Assembly (NCBI GenBank): GCA_030390025.1
Contig: CM059425.1
Coordinates: 175,834,001 to 175,898,000 of the forward strand
Length of the DNA stretch: 64,000 bases
DNA from: Squalus acanthias
Lineage: Eukaryota
Direction: 5' to 3'
The translations under genes and the position numbers were made by a program. This document shows positions 49,023 through 61,400 of the stretch, piece by piece (position 1 is the stretch's first letter; every line of letters starts with the position of its first letter). The notes under the pieces were generated by a model. That model ran no database searches and was not told the origin of the DNA. It saw only the letters and a program-made list of their open reading frames with translations.

Positions 49023-51696
49023 GAATTTTATGAGCAGCCATTGCCTGTCTTTCCCTTAGTGCACAGCCAAATTTATTACCTTCTTAGAAGTGTTGGTGAT
49101 TAAGCAGCTTATTAACTGCTTGAGAATTTGAATATGATCATCAGTGCAGATACCTACTGATTGGTTTGTTTCTGTTGAGTGAAATTATCAAATTTATGGG
49201 GTATAAATCTGACTTGAGGAAACCCAGATGTACATTTACAAGTGCATTAATACATTTTGCCTTTTGAAAATAACAATGTGGAAAACTAATGTCCTCAGTG
49301 TGAGAGCATTGAGCGAGCTGTACCATCTGTTTCAAGGACAATGCTATTCACAAACAGAAATGGATGAACTGTAATACTGATTTTTAAAGGACGACACTCT
49401 ACTCAAATTTCTCACGTTTTCTATCATTTTGTCTTATCATCCTGATTGTTGACCAAATTAATGTTGCATCAAAATATTTAATTTATTAGAGATGCACCTC
49501 AAACTGAATTTCTATACCTAAATAAACATATATTTGACCATTTCAGGTGCATCTGAAAAATATCCAAGTTCCCATTGGTTCAGATTCACTTTGTGTGACT
49601 ATAGTCTAGTCATTAATCTGCTGCTGTAAATTCAGGTTCCAAGTGAGAGATTGCAGTCTTCATAGAATATAGATTTTTTTTCATAGAATCATAGAAATTT
49701 GTGGCACAGAAGGAGGCCATTCGGCCCATCATGTCTGGGCCAGCCGAAAAAGAGCTATCCAGCCTAATCCCACTTTCCAGCTCTTGGTCCATAGCCTTGT
49801 AGGTTACATCACGTCAAGTGCATATCCAAGTAGTTTTTAAATGTGGTGAGGGTTTCTGCCAATACCACCCTTTCAGGCAGTGAGTTCCAGACACCCACCA
49901 CCCTCTGGGTGAAAACATTTCTCCTCAATTCCCCTCTAATCCTTCTACCAATTACTTTAAATTTATGCCCCTTGGTTATTGACCTCTCTGTTAGGGGAAA
50001 TAGGTCCTTCCCATTCACTCTATCTAGGCCCCTCATAATTTTATACACCTCAATTAAATCTCCCGCCAGCCTCCTCTGTTCCAAAGAAAACAACCCCAGC
50101 CTATCCAATGTTTCCTCATAGCTAAAATTCTCCAGTCATGGCAACATCCTCGTAAATTTCCTCTGCACCCTCTCTAGTGCAATCATATCTTCCCTGTAAT
50201 GTGGTGACCAGAACTGTATGCAGTACTCTAGCTGTGGTCTAACTCGGGTTTTATACAGTTCTAGCATAACCTCCTTGTTCTTATATTCGATGCCTTGGCT
50301 AATAAAGGAAAGTATCCTTTGTGCCTTCTTAACCACCTTATCTACCTGTCTTGCTACCTTCAGGCATCTGTGGACATGCACTCCAAGGTCTCTCTGTTCT
50401 TCTACGCTTCTTAATATCGTACCATTTATTGTGTATTCCGTTGCTTTATTTGCCATCCCCAAATCCATTACGTCACACTTCTCCGGATTGAATTCCATTT
50501 GCCACTTTTCAGCCCACCTGACCAGTCCATTGATATCTTCTTGCAGTCTACAGCTGTCTTCCTCAGTATCAACCACATGGCCAATTTTTGTATCATCTGC
50601 GAACTTCTTAATCATGACCCCTACATTGAAGTCTAAATCATTGATATATACCACAAAAACCAAGGGACCTAGTACTGAGCCCTGTGGAACCCCACTGGAA
50701 ACAGCCTTCCAGTCAGAAAAACACTCGTCGACCATTGTCCTTTGCTTCCTGCCACTGAGGCAATTTTGGATCCATCTTGCCACTTTCCCTTAGATCCCAT
50801 GGGCTTTTATTTTCTGATCAGTCTGCCATGTGAGATCTTGTCAAAAGCCTTGCTAAAATCCATGTAGACAACATCAAATGCGCTATCATCATCAACCCTC
50901 CTTGTTACCTTCTCAAAAAATTCAATCAAGTTAGTCAGACATGACCTTCCCTTAACAAATCCATAAAGACTGTTCTTGATTAATCTGTGCCTTTCTAAAT
51001 GACGATTAATACTGTTGCTTAGAATGTTTTCCAACAATTTGCCCACCAGAGGTTAGACTGATTGGCCTGTAATTACTCGATCTATCCCGTACTCCCTTTT
51101 TAAACAACGGTGCAACGTTAGCAGTCCTCCAGTACCACACCTGTATCCAGACAGGATTGGAAAATGATGGTCAGAGCCTCCGCTATTTCCTCCCTTGCTT
51201 CTCTTATCAGCCTGGGATACATTTCATCTGGACCTGGTGATTTATCTACTTTCAAAGATGCTAAACCCCTTAATATTTCATCTCTCACTATGCTTATCTC
51301 ATCCACTATCACACTCCTCCTTAACTACAATGGCCGGAATTTTCCCGTTGCCGTGTAAACGGGTTTGAAGGTGGGTCGGCTGTAAAAATAGTGAAAATAG
51401 GCAGCGCATCAGGAACTCGCCATCCTCCTGCCTCCTCGCGCCTTTAACTCGGGCGCGTTTGCCAGAGCGCTGTGGACCCAATCGGGAGAGGCGGGCGACC
51501 TAATTAAAGTCATTAAATCCTGTTATCAGACCCTTAACAGGCTTTTTAACTGCAGCTTCTGAATGTAACGGCATGAGCACGGGAAGCACGCAGCTCGGGA
51601 ACCTCACCTGTGAAGGGGAGGTGGAAGTTCAGTGGCCATTGTGCGAGGGCAATAATTGACAGCTGGAAATACCAGATAAATAGATACACCTTACAT

Positions 51697-51791
51697 CTCA
51701 TGAAGGGTCATCAACCTGAAACGTTAACTCTGCTTCTTTCTCTACAGATGCTGCCTGACCTGCTGAGTATTTCCAGCATTTTCTGTTTTTA
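51697..51791 (+). mobile_element. Penelope-type short repeat with a mutated hammerhead core (CTCATGA)
   Basis: Homologous to 36126-36215. TTACAT occurs on both flanks. Confidence 0.7.
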
Positions 51792-51980
51792 TTACATTTC
51801 ATTAGTTGCCTAAGGGAAAGGCTGTTGATGACTGCATTCTGTGTAGAGATTTAGGTTTCTGGAGTTTGCAGATCATTTCTGCAGCCTCGGAAGCCACTCT
51901 CACCACATTGCTACTCAGAATTAGAACATTGAGGGATTGTCCCTCTGATCGCTACTTCACCTGCCATCTACTACATCAGC

Positions 51981-52776
51981 ATGGGTGCTGCTTATACTGT
52001 CTCAACTTGGTCCTCAGAATCGTACCAAAGAGAGCACCATCACCAACAACACCAGCCACACCAGCAGCAACAGCAGCCTTCTCCTCAATGACCTGATGCT
52101 CCACAGGAGAGAGGGGGGCACCACAGGCGTCATTGACTGCACACATGTGGCCATGAAGGCACCCCCACATCACCCAGGAGTATTTGTGAACCACAAGGGC
52201 TTCCATTCCCTCAATGTGCGGCTCGACTGCAACCATAAAATGATGATTATGCATGTGTGCGCCAAATTCCCTGGCAGCTGTCATGACTCTTTCGTTCTGC
52301 GCCAATCCACCCTCCCTCAGCTCTTCTCACCTCCAAACAGACTTACCAGCTGGCTGCTTGGAGACAAGTGCTATCCACTGAAGACATGGCTGATGACACC
52401 CCTGAGGAGACCAAGTACTGAAGCCAAGGAGTGTTATAATGAGAGCCACATGTCCACTATATGTGTCATACAGCAAGCAATAGGCATGCTGAAAATGCGC
52501 TTCAGATTCCTTGACAGGTCTGGAGGTGTCCTACAGTATGCACCAGCCAGGGTCTCCAGAATCATCATCGTCTGCGGCGCGCTGCACAACAGAGTGCAGC
52601 GGCGAGGATTGGAGTTGCAGGAGGAGCAAGGCTCTGAGCACATAGCCTCTTCAGAGGAGGAGGAGGAGGTGGAAGACGAGGAGGAGGAGGAAGCTGAGAT
52701 GCAGGTGCCACCAGCAGCGGCACACATTGCTGCCCGGCAGGCCCGGGATGGCCTCATCATGGCCAGATTTACTTAA
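51981..52776 (+). pseudogene. Harbinger transposase lacking the N-terminal HTH region, with catalytic E replaced by Q
   Basis: [27 protein letters not shown]. The segment from RLRLS to AGFP seen in copies A and B is missing. Confidence 0.88.
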
Positions 52777-53079
52777 CTTGCTGCAATGCAGCCACATGCC
52801 TACCACATGCTGTACCAACTATCCCCCCTCCCCCCCAACAACAACACCATAAAGCATCCCTACAATTACCAATCCATTCCTCTCACCCAAAGGCCTAATG
52901 CTCGAGGCTAAATAATGTCTCATCATTCACTCCAAGTGACTAAACCACCTCCAGGGTTTGAGGCAAAAATGGACAAGACCCGAAAGTGGTGCAAAGAAAA
53001 CCATTTATGTGCCCAATCAAAACAACTGAAACTTAGCACTAACATTTGTTGATACACCCATGTGCTTACCCTTGTGCAT

Positions 53080-54948
53080 CTACTTTTCCATCAATTTTCT
53101 TTTGCAAGTGCTTCTATGAGGTGCAACCCCTGTGGCTTCAGCAGAGGAAGAGGCAGGCTGCTCACTTCCCTGCTGCGACTGCATAGACACTTTTGGCGGA
53201 CGTCCTCTGGGTTTTGGAGCCTGTGATGGCCCCGCCAAAGTCTGCTCCTCCTGCAACTGTGCAGGGGCAGACTCGGCAATCGTGATCTGAGAAAGCATCT
53301 GGGGCTCTGACTGAGGGGGTGGCAATGGGGGAGAATTGGGAGCACTTTGAGAAGAGCCCCCACTTCCACGTCCCCTCTCACCATCATCCCTCTCATGGGC
53401 CACCCGCACTTCCCTGCTAGCAAGGAGCTGGAGAGCACCTTGCTACACAGCAGTGGGGCGATGAAGGCCCAAGTCAACGTTTACATCCCTCCTTGAGAGG
53501 AGGTCTATGAGCACCTGCCATCTGTTGTCCACAGCTAGCATGTGCTCATGTGAGTGGCGCATTAGTTGCTCCATGCAGGTGGCCATCCTTTCCATGGAAG
53601 AGCACATCGTCACCATCGCCTGCGACACGGTGATGCTCATGTTGGAGATGGACTTCTCCATTCTCTGAACATTTGCAGACATCGCAGCTGCAAAAGATAC
53701 CAGAGCCTCCTGCAATTGTTGCTGCCCCTCCAAGATCACCCTCTTTCTCGATGGCCCCCGAGGCTCAGCGTCTGTATGTAGCTGAGCAGAGCTTGGAGCG
53801 TCCTGCGCCATCTGGTGACGAGTCTCACTGTTGTCCCTGTGAACACCATCTGCTCTTGCTCACTTGTGAATTGTGAGACACCAGGTGACAATTCTACTCT
53901 ATGGTGCAAAGGGCCCACTGAGGTGTGTGTATCTGCGCTAGCGCTGGGTGCACTTGGATCTGGTGATGCTACACCCTCAGAGGCTGGAGGTTCCTCTGAG
54001 AAGTCATCTTCCTCCTCCAGCTGGACAGTGGGGGGTGGGGGGCAGTTGACAGACCTGTGGGAGAGTAAAGAGATAATTAGAAGTGTTATAATAAGAATGG
54101 GTAACATTACCATTAGGCACATGATGTCATTTCACTGGCTACTGACATCAGTTACCATACGGGTGACTGTTGTATGCCATGTGGATTTATAAGATGTGAT
54201 TCTGTCACCAGGTTGCTGGGATGTGCCCTTCTCTCTGTCTCCCACCGCCAGCGTCTCTCGAGCTTCTGAAATTTCCAGAACCGCCTCCTCTGCTGCTGTA
54301 AGGTGTGCGATTACTGGAGAGCCACCTCTGGTTCTCTCCCTCTCCCTATTGTTCTGAGCTCTCTTCTCCTGCAAGGAGGGAAAGAAGAGAAGTTTGATTA
54401 AGAGTGATGTCATGAGTGTAAGGAATGGATGGGTTACATCTGTCGAGGGTGACTATGAGGGAGTGGGGTGCCAATGCCAAATGGCCTCCTTCTGTGGTGT
54501 TACTTGCTATGATTGCATTAGGTTGAGGGTGATTGTGAGGGGTGGTTAGTCAGATGAGGATGTGAGTATGTACATAGAGAGAGACGGGTGGATGTGCAAG
54601 GTATGTTAGTATAAGGAATGATGTGCAGGAGTAGGCTTGGGAAGGCAGAGTGATGGGGATGTGTTGACAGGCACTTCAGGACGAGGGTGAGTGTGGCATT
54701 GCACTCGCCTTTCCTGACCTCATGAGATTATTGAAGCGTTTCCTGCACTGTATCCAGGTCCTCCTGACCACATCCCTGCTGCTGACCTCCTTAGCAATAT
54801 CCAGCCAGGCTCTCTTTGTTTCTTGTGGCGGTCTCCTTTGCCTGTCAGCAGGGAAGAGGACCTCCCTGCGTGCTCTGACTGCCTCCACAAGAGTTTGCAA
54901 GGAAGAATCAGAGAACCGGGGAGCAGCCCTCTGCCTTTGGCTATCCAT
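53080..54948 (-). pseudogene. Harbinger Myb/SANT-like gene: exons 54948-54709, 54368-54209, 54054-53080
   Basis: MDSQRQRAAPRFSDSSLQTLVEAV...WLDIAKEV..TWIQCRKRFNNL..GK|gcgagt and a 160-bp exon 2. Exon 3 is frameshifted and ends KRKLMEK. Confidence 0.85.
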
Positions 54949-57307
54949 GTTTCAAAAGTTTTATCTCTCCTGTGGCCTTTCCTTGACACCTTCCACCCTC
55001 CCCTGGAAACCTTCAAGTGAGTTCAGTGCAAGGCTGCTTTAAATATGGGCACTGGAAACGAGTTATCGATGACGTCATCAAACCCGCACCATTTAATAGG
55101 GCCGGGAAACGCGAATGACTCTTTCAATTGGGGCCATTAGGTGAAATTCGCTCTGAGCAGCGTGTTGCTGACAACATCGCGTTTCGTACCCGCTATGCCA
55201 CCCGCACGCACCCAACCCGACGCGAAGGTGAAAATTCCGGCCAATGTCTGCATCGTCCCTCTCTTTTGTGAAGACAGATGCAAAGTATTAATTGAGAACC
55301 ATACCCACGTCTTCTGCCTCCACACACAGGTTACCTTTTTGGTCTCTAATAGGCCCTACTCTTTCCTTAGTTATTCTCTTGCTCTTTTTGTATTTATAAA
55401 ACATCTTTGGATTTTCCTTGATTTTACTTGCCAATATTTTTTCATGCTGTTTCTTTGCTTTCCTAATTTCCTTTTTACTTTCACCCCTGCACTTTCTACA
55501 CTCCTCTAGGCCTTCTGAAGTATTGAGCTCTCGGTATCTGACATGAGCTTCCCTTTTTTGCCTTATCCTGTCCTTTATGCTCCTTGACATCCACAGGGCT
55601 CTAGATTTGGAAGTCCCACCCTTTTTCCTAGTGGGAACATTTGCTCTGAACCCTCACTATCTCCTGCTTGAATGCCTCCCACTGCTCTGACACTGATTTA
55701 CCTTCAAGTGGCTGTTTCCATTCCACTTTCACTAAATCACATCTCAGCTTAGTAAAATTGGCCTTTCCCCAATTGAAAACCTTTACTCCTGGTCTATCTT
55801 TGCCGTTTTCCATAACTATGCTAAATCTAACTGAATTATGATCAACTGAATGGAAAAGGAGGGGGAGTAGCCCTGATAATAAAGGATGGCATAAGGACAG
55901 TAGCGAGAAAGGATCTCGGCTCGGAAGATCAGGAAGTGGAATCAGTATGGGTGGAGATAAGGAATAACAAGGGGCAGAAAACACTGGTAGGAGTAGTATA
56001 TAGGCCCCCCAACAGTAGCTATACCGTTGGACAGAATATTAATCAAGAAATAGTAGGCGCTTGCAATAAAGGTAATACAAGGCTGAGGCTAAGACAGGAG
56101 AAACTATTACGGGGAATAAGGAAATGGCAGAAACGTTAAACAAATATTTTGTATCTGTCTTCACAGTAGAAGACACAAAAAGCATACCAAAAATGGTGGG
56201 GAACCAAGGGTCTAATGAGGGTGAGGAACTTAATGTAATTAATATAAGTAGAGAAAAAGTACTAGAGAAACTAATGGAACTAAAAGCTGACAAATCCCTT
56301 GGACCTGATGGCCTACATCCTAGGGTTCTAAAAGAGGTGGCTGAAGAGATAGTGGATGCATTGGTTTTGATCTTCCAAAATTCCCTAGATTCTGGAATCG
56401 TCCCAGCAGATTGGAAGATCGCAAATGTAACACCGCTATTCAAGAAAGGAGGGAGAGAAAAAACAGGGAACTACAGGCCAGTTAGCCTGACATCAGTCAT
56501 CGGAAAAATGCTGGAATCCATTGTTAAGGAAGTGGTATCAAGTCACTTAGAAAATCATAACATGATTAGACAGAGTCAACATGGTTTTATGAAATTTATT
56601 AGAGTTTTTTGAGGATGTAATTGGCAGGGTAGACAAAGGGGAACCAGTGGATGTAGTATATTTGGATTTCCAAAAGGCATTCGATAAGGTGCCACATACA
56701 AGATTATTACACAAGATTAGGGCTCATGGGGTTGGGGTTAATATAGTAGCATGGATAGAGGATTGGTTAATGGACAGAAAACAGAGAGTAGGGATAAATG
56801 GATCTTTTTCAGGTTGGCAGGCTGTAACTAGTGGGGTGCCGCAAGGATCAGTGTTGGGGCCTCAGCTATTTACAATCTATATTAATGACCTAGATGAAGG
56901 GACCGAGTGTAATATATCCATGTTTGCTGACGATATAAAGCTAGGTGGGACAGTAAGCTGTGAGGAGAACACAAAGAGTCTGCAAAGTAATCTAGATAGA
57001 CTAAGTGAGTGGGCAATAAGGTGGCAGATGGAGTATAATGTAAGGAAATATGAGGTTATTCACTTTGGTAGGAAGAATAGAAAAACAGAACATTTTTTAA
57101 ATGGTGAGAAACTTTTAGATGTTGGTGTTCAGAGAGATTTGGGTGTCCTCGTGCAAGAAACACAGAAAGCTAGCATGCAGGTACAGTAAGCAATAAGGAA
57201 GGCAAATGGCAAGTTGGCCTTTATTGCAAGGGGGTTGGAGTATAAGAGTAAGGAAGTCTTGTTACAATTGTACAGGGCCTTGGTGAGACCACAACTGGAG
57301 TACTGTG

Positions 57308-57490
57308 TGTGGTAACACTTTTCAGCTTCCTGTATGACATCACTTCCTGTAATCAGTCCAGGATAAATACTGGACTGATCAGTTAGCTCTGGAAGAGGCA
57401 TAGGGTAAGACCTCTTTTGTATGCAGCACCGTTTTAAGTTGATTAAAGCTTACATTAAGTTTACCACGCGTAAGGCTCATTCTTACGACA
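57308..57490 (+). repeat. 5' LTR (183 bp)
   Basis: TGTGGTAAC...TTACGACA, identical by eye to 61546-61728. Confidence 0.97.
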
Positions 57491-57569
57491 ATTTAATCAA
57501 CTTTTGAAAAACTTCGCACTCAAACTTTTTGGACGAACTCGGAGCTAAGGATCCAGGGAATCACCCATC

Positions 57570-58493
57570 ATGGAAAACATCCTTAAACCATCGCGTCTTG
57601 ACTTGGACCCAAACACCCCAGCAGCCGGTAAGGTGTGGAAACACTGGTATCGCACGTTTGAGAACTTTCTTGAGTATTGCAAAGCTGATGATAACTCAAA
57701 GTTGCGGATACTCATCAACTGTGTCACCCCGAATGTATTTCAATATGTGGAAGACTGGGACAGTTATGAGGAGGCAATTCAGACGCTTAAGAGACTATAT
57801 ACTAAGACACCGAATGAGGTCTATGCTAGACATCTACTAGCTACAGCCCAACAAGGGCCGGAGGAATCCATTGATAAATTCCTCCAAGAGCTTCGCAGAC
57901 TTAGTATGGACTGTAACTTTCGGGCAGCCTCAGCTGAGCTATACCGCGAAGAAATGATCCGTGATGCGTTCATCTGCGGGCTTGCCTCCCCATTTATACG
58001 CCAGCGTCTACTGGAAAGTAAGACACTTGAGCTGCAGAGAGCTTATGACCTGGCTTGCTCTCTAGATCTAGCAAAACGAAATGCAGACCTTTTTACAGTG
58101 CCCAGACCTCGGTCTGCTGCCTTAACTACAGTCAGGCAATTTAAGAGGCCACAGGTGAACTCTATTAGGGAGGACTTTATCCCTGACGATCGATCTGATG
58201 ACTTCACCGATGAAGAGGATGATGACCCCACTGTGGCAGCCTCTTGGCAATCTAAGAAATGCTTTTTTTGTGGGGATGAGTTTCACCCTCGGAGATTCTG
58301 CCCTGCTCGCAATGCGTTTTGCAGTCATTGCAACAAAAAGGGTCATTTTGTAAAGGTTTGCCTATCAAGAGCCTCTACGAGGGCTTATCAAGCTAAGTCC
58401 TACCGAACTGCCCCAGTAAGGGCCTATCAGGATGTTCCAACTAAAAACTATCGTGCTTCCTCTCGGGTTTTTTTCTCGAAGAAACACACCTAG
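57570..58493 (+). CDS. gag: Gag with two CCHC zinc knuckles
   Basis: 307-aa open ORF containing CFFCGDEFHPRRFC and CSHCNKKGHFVKVC. Confidence 0.92.
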   Translation: MENILKPSRLDLDPNTPAAGKVWKHWYRTFENFLEYCKADDNSKLRILINCVTPNVFQYVEDWDSYEEAIQTLKRLYTKTPNEVYARHLLATAQQGPEESIDKFLQELRRLSMDCNFRAASAELYREEMIRDAFICGLASPFIRQRLLESKTLELQRAYDLACSLDLAKRNADLFTVPRPRSAALTTVRQFKRPQVNSIREDFIPDDRSDDFTDEEDDDPTVAASWQSKKCFFCGDEFHPRRFCPARNAFCSHCNKKGHFVKVCLSRASTRAYQAKSYRTAPVRAYQDVPTKNYRASSRVFFSKKHT

Positions 58494-61400
58494 AATTTCA
58501 GCCACTCTTTGTGCAACGACACCAATTACAGCTGCTTGTCCTCAGAATCTATTCCATGCAGCTACAAAAGCATCAATTAAGGGACATACTTTAGATGCCT
58601 TAATTGACTCAGGTAGCACTGATAGTTTCATTAGGGAACAGACTGTTGCACAGTTAAAGCTACATGTTTTTCCATCGGACCAGGCAGTTGCGATGGCTCA
58701 GTCATCACTTAATACCAGAATTTCTGGCTTCTGTGTAGTTGAAATAATGCTTAAAGGTCACAGGTATCCCTCCACCCGGCTTTCGGTGCTCAAGGACTTA
58801 TGTAGTGATCTTATCTTAGGGCTGGATTTTCAAAAGCAGCATAAGAAGCTTACCATTGAGTTCGGCGGATCCAAACCTGAACTCACTATTTCTAATATAC
58901 GACCTCGATTACCGTTCTGTGCCTTGTCAGCAGCTTCACTGGATGAACCCTCACTGTTTGCCAGTATCCCTCCTCGATGCAAACCGATTATAACAAAGTC
59001 ACGCCGTTTCAGTCAGGAAGACCAGTCTTTTATTGCGGCTGAGATTTCTCGGCTTTTAGCAGAGGATATCATCGAGCCTTGTTCGTCGCCATGGCGCGCC
59101 CAGGTCGTTATTGTTAAGAACCCTCTACAACCTCACAAGAAACGGCTGTGCATTGACTATTCACAGACCATCAATCAGTATACGGACTTGGACGCATACC
59201 CATTGCCGCGCATCGATGATATGGTTAATAAATTGGCTGAGTACACGGTGTTCTCGACTTATGATCTGAAAAGCGCCTATCATCAGGTACCCTTGAAGGT
59301 CTCAGACAAGCAGTATACAGCCTTTGAAGCCAATGGGCGGCTGTATCAATTTCGTCGCCTCCCCTTTGGGGTCACTAATGGAGTGGCTGTCTTCCAGCGA
59401 GCAATGGATGACCTGGTCAAACAGGAAGACTTGAAGGATACGTTTCCTTATCTGGACAATATTACTGTCGCAGGTCGCAATCAGCAGGAACATGACGCCA
59501 ATCTCCAACGATTTTGGGATGCACTCCAGCACCGTAATTTGACATTGAATGCGGCTAAATCCATTGAGTCACAACCAACTATCAACATCCTTGGCTATTG
59601 TGTGGGCAATGGCATCATTAAACCTGACCCTGAAAGGCTTCGCCCACTCCAAGAACTCCCGCCACCTAAGAATCCGGCCTCCTTGCGCCGGGCCCTCGGC
59701 CTGTTTGCATACTATGCGAAATGGATTCCTAACTTCTCGGACCGAATCCAACCTCTACTGAAGGCCAGCACATTCCCACTAGACACAACGGCTGTTGCAG
59801 CCTTTAACCTCCTGAAAAAGCAGTTGGAGAAAGCGGCTCTTCACTCCATTGATGAGAGTCTTCCTTTCGTGGTTGAGTGTGATGCCTCGGAGGTGGCAAT
59901 CTCAGCCACTCTGAATCAGGAAGGTCGTCCGGTGGCATTTTTGTCCAGGACTTTTCAAGGGGCTGAGCTACATTATCCTCCAGTCGAGAAAGAAGCTACA
60001 GCCATCATAGAGGCAGTACGGAAGTGGAGTCATCTCCTGGCTCGCCAGCACTTTACCTTAATCACGGACCAGCGATCGGTCGCCTTCATGCTCGATAATC
60101 GAAAACGGACCAAAATTAAAAATAATAAAATCCAGCTTTGGCGGCTGGAATTGGCCTCTTTTGGTTACACCATCCACTATCGACCTGGCAAGGAGAATGT
60201 GGCTCCGGATACCCTCACACGAGCATTCTGCTCCGCCATGGCACCCTCTACGCTCGTAGACATCCATGATGGGTTGTGTCATCCAGGCGTTACTCGCATG
60301 CTGCACTTCGTGCGGTCCCGAAATCTCCCATTCTCTACCGGGGATGTAAAGAAGATGTGCTCGGACTGCAGAGTCTGTGCGGAATTGAAACCTCGGTTTT
60401 TCCGCCCCTCGGGTGGTATACTCATACATGCGACCCAGCCAATGCAAAGGCTTAGCATCGATTTTAAGGGGCCGTTGCCCTCTTCGACTCGCAACACTTA
60501 TCTATTAACAATGGTTGATGAGTATTCTCGTTTTCCGTTTGCCTTTCCCTGCCCCAATATGCTGACAACCACGGTTATCAGCTGCCTTGAACAGGTATTT
60601 GCTTTCTGTGGCATGGCATCCTATGTTCATTCAGATCGGGGCCCTTCTTTTATGTCGGGAGAACTCAAGGCCTATCTCTCGGAACGGGGTATTGCTGCCA
60701 GCAAAACGACGCCTTATCATCCGGTTGGGAATGGGCAAGTCGAGCGTTTTAACGCTATCATCTGGAATGCGGTACGTCTGGCTTTGAGATCTCGGGGCCT
60801 ACCCAACCAGCAATGGGAAGCAGTACTTCCAGACGCATTACACTCCACACGGTCCCTCCTTTCGACCGCCACAAATACGACGCCTCATGAACGGTTCTTC
60901 CGATTTCAGCGTCGCTCATCCTATGGGACATCTCTCCCGTCGTGGCTGACTACACCGGGACCAGTGCTACTCCGAAGATATGTCCGGGCGTCTAAGAATG
61001 ACCCCCTGGTAGATGAGGTTGAGCTCACTGACGTCAACCCTACCTACGCCTATATTCGGTATCCTGACGGTCGGGAATCTACCGTGTCATTGCGGGATCT
61101 GGCTCCCTGCCCGCCGAAACATAGAGGGACACCAGGGGATGATATTGTACCAGGCACATCTCTGGGCTTGCCAGGTGCCTCTCATCATGATCGGGATCTA
61201 ACGCCGGCTGGTACCTCACTCCAGCGTGCCGACCTGGGGCAGACTGACTATGAGCCCGTCGGGGCTCGCACGCGCAGCCACGATCAACCCTGTACCGTAC
61301 GCTCAGAAACGGATCTGCCACAGCCCTGCCCGACACCCATTCGGGTACCAGTACACGGTCAGGATCGTTCTGACCCCTCACAGAGCGGGCTGGAGCACTC

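Larger units (their letters stand above)
51332..55242. mobile_element. PIF/Harbinger transposon E (transposase on +, Myb gene on -)
   Basis: 13-bp perfect TIR GGCCGGAATTTTC and TSD AAT. It interrupts the CR1. Confidence 0.95.
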
